A stretch of 34,078 bases of DNA, from NCBI GenBank assembly GCA_026397115.1, contig JAPLVM010000005.1:1-34078 (forward strand), written 5' to 3'. Of this stretch, positions 25,425 through 34,078 are shown in pieces; positions within the stretch are counted from its first letter, which is position 1; every line of letters begins with the position of its first letter. Position numbers and translations under genes: made by a program. Under the pieces are notes generated by a model. The model did no database searches. It was not told where the DNA came from and saw nothing but the letters and a program-made list of their open reading frames with translations. This DNA comes from Patescibacteria group bacterium (GTDB lineage Bacteria > Patescibacteriota > Gracilibacteria > JAPLVM01).

Positions 25425-28400
25425 ATGTTTCGGGAACTTTTTACAGATACAGACCGTCCAAGGGAACAAGAACACAAAACAGCTGGATTACCTCTTGAAG
25501 AATCCGCTTTATTGAACTGGGTTACCAGCGATAGTAAAACTCTTGAGGAGAGGGACGAAAAAATCGATCTTATCGCAACAATAATTCAGCAAAAAAGAGA
25601 CTATCTTGCTAAGAATCTTAATTTTAAAAAACGCTGCATAGAAGATAGAGTTAAAATAGAAACCCTAGTTCAAGCAGCTGGCAATATTGTCGAACCTTAT
25701 CGCAAGGCTGGCAAAGATAAACTAACTAAGGTTGGCGATGTAAGATATGTCATATGGTTGGCTGAAGATATTGGTCTCAAGCTAAGACCTGATTTACAGC
25801 ATGAAGCAAATCCCCTGCAAGCAGAGATTGATGGGCTAAAAACAACCTTGACCAAAATAGAACTCGACGCAGCGCGAAGCAAGCGTGATATTGAGCCGAA
25901 AAAAATTATATTAACATCTGCGCAGCTTGCAGAAATGAATACGAACATAAGCCATATTTTGACTTTTGTCCAAGGCGAAAGCAAAAAATATCCTGTTTAT
26001 GCTAAGGAAACTATGCCGGATATGCAGAGAGAAAGAATTGCGCTTCAACCGGTTCTGGACTTTCTTGAAATGCATAAAACTAAAATTGATCTAGGCGCGG
26101 CGCGGCGTCCAATCGGCCGTGAAGATGTATCTTTAGACAAAACCCGTGAATCCAGTGAATCAATGAGTCCGGAGTTTGCTGACTTTTTAACAAAGCTTAA
26201 CAAGCCTCAGCGCGACTTTTTTATGTCAATGATCAAAAGTAAAACCCGCGCTTGCTTTGACAACCTCTTGCGCGAGCTTGAAAGAGGATTGCCAGAAAAT
26301 GGGACAAGTGAAGAAACGCCCGAGCCAACAGCTAGTTTGAGACTAGAAATTAAAAATTTATTTGATGAATATAGTGCAAGCGTTGCAGAAGGGAAGCGGC
26401 TTTTAAATTTGGCGCAAAAGGTCAATGATCCTCGAAATGCAATCGCTATACAAAAAATGGCGCGAGACCTTGCATCATTAGAAACTCAGCGCGACAATCT
26501 TTTTGAAAAGATGGCAATGATTACAAAGGATGACGCTGGAAAGGAATATGAAGAAAGAATAGTAAAGCTTAAGGAACAGGCTGATGAATTTTCTACTTTG
26601 ATTAAAAAAACAGAGGTTTATAACGCGTTTTTGAGAGAAGCGCCAGCAGAGATTATTAGGCTTACTCCGGAAGATGCTGATATGCAGAGCGAGCAATTTT
26701 GGAAGATGAGAACTATTGAGGATAGAAAAGTTTCAGCTGAAGAATTTTTGATATTGAACAAAGACAGATTATATGCTGAAAAAGTAATTGAAAAATCTGG
26801 GTTGGCACCGCTAGGGAATCAGCAGTATTGCGAAATTATCAGGTTCCTTATTGACAATCCAGATATTTCAAAATCTGAAAGAGAGAGCAAGGTTAAACAA
26901 TATATAAGTTCAAAATTTACGATTGCGCCAAATAGTAAAAATGGGCTGAACCTACTTAATAGGCTGCGAGCGGTTGGAATATTTGATAAAGAAAAAATAT
27001 GCTATGCAGATCTTGAAGTAACTGTTGTCGATGAAATCGATGGCTTATATCTTATCGAATCCGCAGCCAAAGACGGCAAACTTAAAAAAGCATTTCGGCT
27101 TGGAAGAGGGAAGGCAAAGATAGATAATATGCCGGAGTATTATGCGAATATTATCGGAGCAATTATTTCGCTCGGATCATGTACGGCTGTTGACAGTCCC
27201 TCAATACGAAGAACTCTCATTGGGTCTGCTATAATCAACGGGCACGATCTTGCGGATATGAACATTGATGATGAATACAAGTCATTGTATTTACTCGCAA
27301 AACTGAAAGAACTCAAGCTTATAGAATCTAAAGGAATAAATGAAATTGAGGATGATGACAATCTTACGCTAAATTGCAATGGGCTTAGAAATACTATAAA
27401 AGATAGTCTAATTAAGGCTCGTAACAAGTATTTTGAATTTAAAAATGCTGAAAGCGAATTCAGCGGGCTTAGCAGCATATTTCAGGCAGACCAAAAGGCA
27501 GTATCCAAGAAAGAAGTACGAGATGCTAAGAAAAAGGCTCTGCGCCTTAAAAAGGATACGCTCAAAATGCAGGAGGAGGTCCTTAATGATCTTATTAAGA
27601 TAGCAAAGTCAAAACCGAAAAAATCAGCTGCTATATTGCAAAAAAGAAAGGACGAGATAGATGAATTTTTGTGGCAAAACCTGGGGATAAGGAAAACTAA
27701 TCCTGAACATGAATTAGTCTATGATTATCTTGAAAAGAATGATTTGCTTGGCGAAACACTTGATATTTCATATGAGGATCTAAAAGCGCGTATTTTAAAG
27801 GAAGAGCAAAAATATTATTGTGAAAAGAATAAGGAGAAAAAAGTTGATCATATTCCGTCATATAAGGCTAATCTTATTGATGCAATCATATCGGTTTGTA
27901 AACACCAAGGAAATATTATTTCAGCTCCTGCTCTTGAAAAAGCCATGTGTCATGAGAACTATGATAATCCTGGCGGATATAAGATGCTTGCTGTTGCCAA
28001 GGAGCTAGCAAGGCTTGGAATTTTATCGCCAATGGATCCACCATCGCAGGCAAATGTAATTTGTTTGCCAGGCTGGGAAAATCTTCCGGCAAATATTAGA
28101 TCTATTCTCCAAGAAGCAAATACCTTATTCGAGTTGTTTAAAGATGGAAAAGGCGGCATTACGCAAAAAAGTATACTAGAAATACAAGACAAAGCGCTTG
28201 AAGCAATTGCCAATGGATTTACTAGGCAAAATAATCCTAATAAAATTGATCCTTATGCCGTAGAGGGAAAATTAGAAAAGCAAAAGGAAATACCTAGAAC
28301 TACCAAATCTGGAATCGGGCCAATTGAGGATATTATTGACCATTTGGCTCATTTCGAAAATCGAAACGCAAAAAATATATTGTTTACCTATTTTGAAGAT

Positions 28401-30218
28401 AAACAAAGGCAATTAACAGCTGATCAAATGTATGAATTGCTAAATCAGCTTGCTGGGCTTGGCATTATTTCAAGTCCTGATATGGATGCCAGAATTACGA
28501 TTGATGAAAACGTGTCAGTGCGAACATATGCTTCGGGACTCGGCAAGCATGTTTCTTGGATGAACAGCAATATTGAGCTCATAAAAACAAAAAATAATAT
28601 CTCTAGTCCAGAAACTTTTACGACCAGAGCTAAATTTATTATGAGTTATATTAAAAAAATTGAACGTGAGCTGGAAGATAATATGCCGAATCAAAATAAT
28701 GCCGTTGAGGTAAAACGTTTTCGCTTTGTAGAAGAAGAAGTAAAGAAGTTCAAAGAACTATTGATGGATCAGGATGTTGGAATTATCTGGGATGAAAAAT
28801 ATCAAAAACTTATGTCTGGGCTTGTTTCATATGGAAATAATCCTCCATATTTTTCTGAGGCATTAAAACAAGAATTGGCTGGTGAGCTTGGCTTACTGAA
28901 CAATGAAGTTGACGCTATGTTTGAAAAACTGCGTACTGCCCAAATACTAACCACTTCAAATCTTGCTACGCAAGTGCCAGCGAGAATGGATCCTAGCGTT
29001 AATAAAATAACTTTGGATAAGGATGCGCTAGATAGACTTATTGCAAATCAACGATTCTTTAGCCGAACTTTTGGTGTATTTAGCTCAATTAAACCAAGCT
29101 ATAGGAGATCTCGTGAAACGTCTGCCCACTGGCAAAATACTCTTGATGATTTGAAAGCCCAACTTAAGAGTTCGAACGAAAGAGATCGAGGTGCGCAGTA
29201 TATACCAATCGCTAATCAGTTTTTAGAAGTAGCTTACGATGAATTGCTTCGTGGAAAGGCAAAATCTGGCGTACCAGAAACCAATGCATACGAGATGAGA
29301 ATTGAAACAGAGGTTGACCTATTAACTAGAACAAAATTATTTGTGCCTGTGTGGCCATCAGCATCGTCTCATGATAGATTCTGGAATCGCGGCAAGCAGA
29401 CATGGGAATTGCTAAATCATCATGGAGAGAAGTTTCATATTTATTTTGATAAAGCCTTATTTGAAAATGAAAATATTTACAAACTTATTAAAAAGGCTAT
29501 TTATAAACTTGGTAAAGAAAATGAGGACTCTCACAATAGATACAAGGCCTATGAGCTTACCAAGGAAGGCATTTTGAAGCCTATCCATGCTGAAAAAGAT
29601 GATGATAGTAAAAAGAAATCCCCTATTGCAGAGGCATTTGATGCGGTTACCAGCATCAAGCCAAACAAGAAAAAATTAATGGGCGCGAGTGAGTTTGATA
29701 GGCTTAATAACGCCATTCAATCGCTTATTGGGAAAAGTATAGCATTTTTAGATAGCGATCCAGGCCAAATAGAGACTGCTGGATATGGTCCAAAGATCAC
29801 TTCGATTGTGCAAAATATGCTTACTGAAACAACCACTCTTTCATCTATTGCGCAAAAAGCGCTTGAAAATATAGGCGCAGATGATATGTCAAAGGATATT
29901 CTTACGGAAATAGAGACTTTCAAAGATAGGTTGGGGCGGATGGAGAGCATGAAAAGATTGATTGAAAGATTGATTGAGAAATGCAATATGGATTTAACTC
30001 AAACTGATGGTCTTCAAGGTCAGATCTTTTCGGCAAAAGAAAAAATTGCGCAGGATGAAGAAACGCCAGAGGTTCAGGCTCTTATGCTATATAAACATGC
30101 TGCTCCGTTAAATCAGGCTGATTCTGCAGAAGCCAGCCGCTTGATGGCCGAAATAACGAGTCATGAACCGCCAAAAATCAAGAATGCATCAGTTATTTTT
30201 AGTCTAGTTGGAAATTAA
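25425..30218 (+). CDS. giant hypothetical protein (1597 aa), charged and helix-rich, with internal winged-helix-like repeats
   Basis: Uninterrupted 4.8-kb ORF; all antisense ORFs here are short shadows. No signal peptide, TM segment, Walker A, HExxH or DEAD motif found by eye. Confidence 0.85.
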   Translation: MFRELFTDTDRPREQEHKTAGLPLEESALLNWVTSDSKTLEERDEKIDLIATIIQQKRDYLAKNLNFKKRCIEDRVKIETLVQAAGNIVEPYRKAGKDKLTKVGDVRYVIWLAEDIGLKLRPDLQHEANPLQAEIDGLKTTLTKIELDAARSKRDIEPKKIILTSAQLAEMNTNISHILTFVQGESKKYPVYAKETMPDMQRERIALQPVLDFLEMHKTKIDLGAARRPIGREDVSLDKTRESSESMSPEFADFLTKLNKPQRDFFMSMIKSKTRACFDNLLRELERGLPENGTSEETPEPTASLRLEIKNLFDEYSASVAEGKRLLNLAQKVNDPRNAIAIQKMARDLASLETQRDNLFEKMAMITKDDAGKEYEERIVKLKEQADEFSTLIKKTEVYNAFLREAPAEIIRLTPEDADMQSEQFWKMRTIEDRKVSAEEFLILNKDRLYAEKVIEKSGLAPLGNQQYCEIIRFLIDNPDISKSERESKVKQYISSKFTIAPNSKNGLNLLNRLRAVGIFDKEKICYADLEVTVVDEIDGLYLIESAAKDGKLKKAFRLGRGKAKIDNMPEYYANIIGAIISLGSCTAVDSPSIRRTLIGSAIINGHDLADMNIDDEYKSLYLLAKLKELKLIESKGINEIEDDDNLTLNCNGLRNTIKDSLIKARNKYFEFKNAESEFSGLSSIFQADQKAVSKKEVRDAKKKALRLKKDTLKMQEEVLNDLIKIAKSKPKKSAAILQKRKDEIDEFLWQNLGIRKTNPEHELVYDYLEKNDLLGETLDISYEDLKARILKEEQKYYCEKNKEKKVDHIPSYKANLIDAIISVCKHQGNIISAPALEKAMCHENYDNPGGYKMLAVAKELARLGILSPMDPPSQANVICLPGWENLPANIRSILQEANTLFELFKDGKGGITQKSILEIQDKALEAIANGFTRQNNPNKIDPYAVEGKLEKQKEIPRTTKSGIGPIEDIIDHLAHFENRNAKNILFTYFEDKQRQLTADQMYELLNQLAGLGIISSPDMDARITIDENVSVRTYASGLGKHVSWMNSNIELIKTKNNISSPETFTTRAKFIMSYIKKIERELEDNMPNQNNAVEVKRFRFVEEEVKKFKELLMDQDVGIIWDEKYQKLMSGLVSYGNNPPYFSEALKQELAGELGLLNNEVDAMFEKLRTAQILTTSNLATQVPARMDPSVNKITLDKDALDRLIANQRFFSRTFGVFSSIKPSYRRSRETSAHWQNTLDDLKAQLKSSNERDRGAQYIPIANQFLEVAYDELLRGKAKSGVPETNAYEMRIETEVDLLTRTKLFVPVWPSASSHDRFWNRGKQTWELLNHHGEKFHIYFDKALFENENIYKLIKKAIYKLGKENEDSHNRYKAYELTKEGILKPIHAEKDDDSKKKSPIAEAFDAVTSIKPNKKKLMGASEFDRLNNAIQSLIGKSIAFLDSDPGQIETAGYGPKITSIVQNMLTETTTLSSIAQKALENIGADDMSKDILTEIETFKDRLGRMESMKRLIERLIEKCNMDLTQTDGLQGQIFSAKEKIAQDEETPEVQALMLYKHAAPLNQADSAEASRLMAEITSHEPPKIKNASVIFSLVGN

Positions 30219-30255
30219 CTGAATAATTTACTCTTTAAACAAATTAGCTGTTATA

Positions 30256-33200
30256 ATGGGAAAATCTAGAGATAGCAGACCGGGAGACAGCCGCCATAGC
30301 AATGAGCGCGGTAGTGAATCGGAACAAGATAAGCCGCAAGAAGCGCCTAAGTTGAGCGCGCTTGAGAATGTTTGGACGGAATATCAAAAGTACGAAAAAC
30401 TCTTGTCTGGACTTCGGGAAAGAATCGCGGGCACACAAAATCAAAACCTCAAAGCATATCTTGAGGGAGCCGCCGATGGTTTGATCATGACTAATCAGCG
30501 CCTTCAAAAAAAATTGGACGAAGAATCTATCAAGACAGTAGATTCTGCTCTTGCAAAAGTAAGCGGTTCGCTGAAGAATATGCCTGAAAACAAAAAACGT
30601 ATTTTGCGGGCACTTTCGACTGAGGACGTTAAAGAGGTGTGCGGTGTAAAAAGTCCAGTAAGCGAGACGCTTGAAATACTAAAGGTGCTTGAAAGCATGT
30701 CTGAAAAGGATAAAGAAATACTCAAATCTGCCAATTGCGCTGGCGCGACAAAATATCTTGAACTTTTAAGCAGCATTGAGCCAGTTGAAATAATTATACG
30801 CGAGATTGAGCCTGTGTTTAGAAATCCTGATACTAAAATTAAAATGGCTCAAGAGACATATGCTTTGAGAGTCGAAGCTTTTAATCAAGAGATAAGAAAG
30901 AGAATTTCAGATGCAGATGCAGATCCAGAAATATTTGCCAAAGAAGTGTCTAGTCAGGAAAAATGGTTTAAAAATGAAAAAAGGGATTTTTGGATGCTAG
31001 TTAGTCTCAGCCCTTATAATGACGGTGCAAAAAATATACTGCAAGAAGACATCCTAGAGTTATATCGATTATTTGAAAATAGATTAAATATCGTGTCGGA
31101 ACAAGCTAAATATGTGACAGATCTTACTCGGCTTAAGGCAAGCACGGATGAAATTAAAAATAATCTTAGAAATAAGGAGAAGATAACGGATGAAAATGAG
31201 ATAAGAAAATTCTTTTTAAACAGCGAAGAGTTGCTTATTGGCTCATATAATTATTTGCAATCTCTTGAAAAACTACACTTTGAACTTAGGACAAACAGCG
31301 TAATTGATGAGCTCAAAGAAAATATAGAGCAAAGTCATCTTGAAATCATATGTAGAATGTATAATCTGTATTGGTTTTTTGCGATGATTCCCGAGTTCCC
31401 AAGTCTTGTCGGTAGGCAAGAACACCCAAACGTAAAATGGGCAGGATCTCAGCTTAAAAGGTTGGCTACATTGCTTCCAATGACTGGCGATTATGTAATT
31501 GGCGAGCAAAAGAAGTTTGAAATTGAAAGAGCTTTTATGGACGAACGCCGAAAACAGCAAAAAGCCCGCGTAACGGTTTTTGTTTCACGCCCTAAGTCGA
31601 ATGCAGGACAAAATGTTTCAGAAAAGACAGATGCGCAGGTTCAGGATGATATAGAAAGCATCATTGAGAAGGAATCGTGTCCAAATAACAGCATTATTTT
31701 TGCAGAGGAAGCAATCAATGATAATGGTAAATCTGTATATTTTTATCATGATGTTAATTGGCAAAGATTGGCTAAGAGCTTCGAGATGCTAACCGAATTA
31801 AGCGAGCCTGATTTATCACTTCAAAATCAAATTAGGAGTGGGCTAGATCTGTATAAACAAATGGTTGAGCTATATACCAAGAAGAGAGAATTGCGAAACG
31901 AGGAAAAGATTGCCAAATGTCTTGAGAATTATCAAACAGATAGATCCTTAATACTCAATCGCCTTTGCAGACTAGTTGAAAGAGCTAGACTTAAAATTCA
32001 TCCTAATAAAATACCTGATATTTCAGACGATGATATTGCTGAGTTTGAAAGTATTTCTGCGCTTGCCGAACCGATGTTAAGTTGGAAAGCAGATCCAAGC
32101 CTTTCAGGCTGTAAGAATAGTAATTTCCAAGCTGAACGTATAGAAGAGCAGAAGCAAGAATATAAAAACATTGCTGAGGAAATTAAAAAGGTTATCCAGT
32201 GGCAAAGGGCAGCTAAGGAGATGGATAAGATTTATAAGGAGAGGATAGAGAAGGCTGATCCAGAGGGGATTACGCTTGATGAGATTAATTCAATAAAAAA
32301 TGACCTAAACAGAATGTCGGAAAATAGCGTTGAATTTAAAGAGCTTGCTAGCATAAAGAAAATATTCGATCAGTTGGAAAAATTGATAGAACAAAAAATA
32401 TTAGTAATGATGAAAGCGGCTAATGTGGATATGGATACCATAAATAAAATTGATCCTCAAGCAATTGGGCTCTATGAGCTTTATCTGGCTAGAGAAGACT
32501 TGGACGAACTCGTTGATGAAATGCAAGTTTTAGTCGATGACCCTAGATTATTTCCTCCTATCGAAGAAATCTATAAGAAGTTGGATTCGCTTGAAAAGGA
32601 GGCTATGAAAAATTTTGGTTTCCAGGCAAAGGAGATTGGACGGGAAATAGAATTGAACGACAACCCCTCAGATTTCATAAAAAATGATATAAATAAAATA
32701 ATCGCAATACTGGCCGAATCTCTTGAAAAAGAGGTTGAAGGACTAAATGAAAATAGTAGCATTGAAGAAGTAAGTGCAATCAGAAGTAAGAACTCTATAC
32801 TTGAAAGCTGCACGAGCAGAGCGGTTTGGATAGAAAGGGGAATTATTGAAAAAAATGATCAGACCCTTGCCGCAGCTGAAATTGGTTGCGTATTAAGGGA
32901 AATAGAAGAATATACGGTAGATGATTCGGATGAACTTGAGAAGAATATTGGTGACTTAGATGGATTCGCGGAAGAAATAAATCAGATTGCAGGAGGGGAA
33001 AAAGACCTATTATGGATTGCCTTGTTGAGAATTAAGACAGCCATAGACAAAAAGATGAAATTACAAGAGTTTCTTGGGCATCTTGCTGCCTTACTTGATA
33101 AAAAGCAAAACCCGAATCTCGAACCTCATCCGTCGGGAAATCCTAAGTGGCAGGCCGAAGCTGATAAAATTTTAACTGAGATGAAAGAATATGATCCGTC

Positions 33201-34078
33201 TAAACATCTTAATGATGAGATTTTTTATAAAGATGCAGAAAAATGGTTCAACGAGGTACAAAGATTAATTAGGCAAAATGAAGCAAAAGATGACAATAAA
33301 GCGACTGAGTTAATAAAAACTCTAGATATTCTTATCAATACTTTGGCCGAAAGAAGAACTGCTAAAAAAATAGAATTACTAAAATTGCATAGACGCCTCT
33401 CTGTTTTACTTAATAAAAAGCAGAGCAATGCTTCTGAAGAAGTGTCGGCATTAAGTAGCGGCGCAGAGATGCATAGCCAAACTCCAGGTGTTACATTTAG
33501 TCAGTCAGAAGGAAGGGAAAAGGAAAAAGAGCCGCATGCAGCTAGCCAGCTGCCAGTGGCTGTAGGTATAAAAGACTTACCTGCAGAAGCCTTTAATATA
33601 TGCCTGAATAATTTAGCTAGGCAACTTATAGAAAAGATTGAAGGGCTTGTAATAAGCCTTGACGATCCTGAGCAAATTAAAGGAATCGCTGAAGAATATG
33701 AAAAATTGCATAGTATTGCTGGTATAGAAAAGACAAACGGAGAGAATAGAATGCTTGTCTTAAAGGACGTGCGCGATCTGCTAGTAAAAAAACTTCAGGC
33801 AATAGCTGCTGCGCATACAGTCCGTGAGGATCTCGTCAATGATATGTATATATATAACCCAAATATAGTTTTCGGTGATGACGCGAGAGTTGAAGATTTA
33901 GACAAAATCTCAGATGCCCTTAAAGAATTCTCGCGCAGAATAGAAAATATGATCAACCGTAATCTCGCTGACCTATCATATGTTGAAGAGCAAAGGAAGG
34001 CGCTTCTTGCAAAGAAAAATGAAATTGTTAAAAAGCTTCTTAACCCTGTTCAGCAGATAGCAGACGGATATTCAGAAA
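30256..34078 (+). CDS. second giant hypothetical protein, N-terminal 1274+ codons (continues beyond window end)
   Basis: Hand translation from ATG 30256-30258 (MGKSRDSRPGDSRHSNERGSESEQDKPQEAPKLSALENVW...) has no stop up to 34078. It is absent from the ORF track, apparently because it has no stop in the window. It starts 37 nt after the previous stop. Confidence 0.8.
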   Translation, partial: MGKSRDSRPGDSRHSNERGSESEQDKPQEAPKLSALENVWTEYQKYEKLLSGLRERIAGTQNQNLKAYLEGAADGLIMTNQRLQKKLDEESIKTVDSALAKVSGSLKNMPENKKRILRALSTEDVKEVCGVKSPVSETLEILKVLESMSEKDKEILKSANCAGATKYLELLSSIEPVEIIIREIEPVFRNPDTKIKMAQETYALRVEAFNQEIRKRISDADADPEIFAKEVSSQEKWFKNEKRDFWMLVSLSPYNDGAKNILQEDILELYRLFENRLNIVSEQAKYVTDLTRLKASTDEIKNNLRNKEKITDENEIRKFFLNSEELLIGSYNYLQSLEKLHFELRTNSVIDELKENIEQSHLEIICRMYNLYWFFAMIPEFPSLVGRQEHPNVKWAGSQLKRLATLLPMTGDYVIGEQKKFEIERAFMDERRKQQKARVTVFVSRPKSNAGQNVSEKTDAQVQDDIESIIEKESCPNNSIIFAEEAINDNGKSVYFYHDVNWQRLAKSFEMLTELSEPDLSLQNQIRSGLDLYKQMVELYTKKRELRNEEKIAKCLENYQTDRSLILNRLCRLVERARLKIHPNKIPDISDDDIAEFESISALAEPMLSWKADPSLSGCKNSNFQAERIEEQKQEYKNIAEEIKKVIQWQRAAKEMDKIYKERIEKADPEGITLDEINSIKNDLNRMSENSVEFKELASIKKIFDQLEKLIEQKILVMMKAANVDMDTINKIDPQAIGLYELYLAREDLDELVDEMQVLVDDPRLFPPIEEIYKKLDSLEKEAMKNFGFQAKEIGREIELNDNPSDFIKNDINKIIAILAESLEKEVEGLNENSSIEEVSAIRSKNSILESCTSRAVWIERGIIEKNDQTLAAAEIGCVLREIEEYTVDDSDELEKNIGDLDGFAEEINQIAGGEKDLLWIALLRIKTAIDKKMKLQEFLGHLAALLDKKQNPNLEPHPSGNPKWQAEADKILTEMKEYDPSKHLNDEIFYKDAEKWFNEVQRLIRQNEAKDDNKATELIKTLDILINTLAERRTAKKIELLKLHRRLSVLLNKKQSNASEEVSALSSGAEMHSQTPGVTFSQSEGREKEKEPHAASQLPVAVGIKDLPAEAFNICLNNLARQLIEKIEGLVISLDDPEQIKGIAEEYEKLHSIAGIEKTNGENRMLVLKDVRDLLVKKLQAIAAAHTVREDLVNDMYIYNPNIVFGDDARVEDLDKISDALKEFSRRIENMINRNLADLSYVEEQRKALLAKKNEIVKKLLNPVQQIADGYSE

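Overview
AT-rich bacterial chromosomal window that reads cleanly with the standard code: TGA is a real stop for dut, argS, the recombinase and a membrane gene. Almost no gene has a recognisable Shine-Dalgarno sequence and several start with TTG or GTG. Intergenic regions repeatedly show a TTGxxx-17 nt-TAAAAT/TATACT promoter pattern. Layout: (i) 1-1847 is the 5' part of a large minus-strand ORF that runs off the window and is absent from the ORF track. (ii) 1.9-18.7 kb is a dense housekeeping block: tmk, dut, ybeY, ftsA, ftsZ, argS, tRNA-Cys, dnaX, ruvA, rplJ-rplL with a structured leader, prfA, dnaG-rpoD, plus orphan and membrane ORFs. (iii) 18.7-25.2 kb is a putative ~6.5 kb integrated island next to tRNA-Lys(UUU). 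It has a large serine recombinase whose last codons and stop lie inside the tRNA 3' end, regulatory-looking minus-strand genes, and a divergently transcribed cargo operon (a 3-TM protein and two secreted Cys-rich CxCxxGY-repeat proteins, one with SLH repeats). Two GC-rich elements predicted to be highly structured bracket that operon. (iv) From 25.4 kb to the end are two tandem giant ORFs of 1597 aa and at least 1274 aa with no enzymatic motif I can recognise; the second is open at the window end and is also missing from the ORF track. Compact packing, SD-less starts and giant ORFs suggest an uncultivated small-genome lineage (CPR/Patescibacteria-like), but this is inference only. I saw no CRISPR array, rRNA, transposase or reverse transcriptase. 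The best candidates for something new are the recombinase-tRNA island with its structured-RNA-flanked surface-protein operon, and the giant ORF pair.
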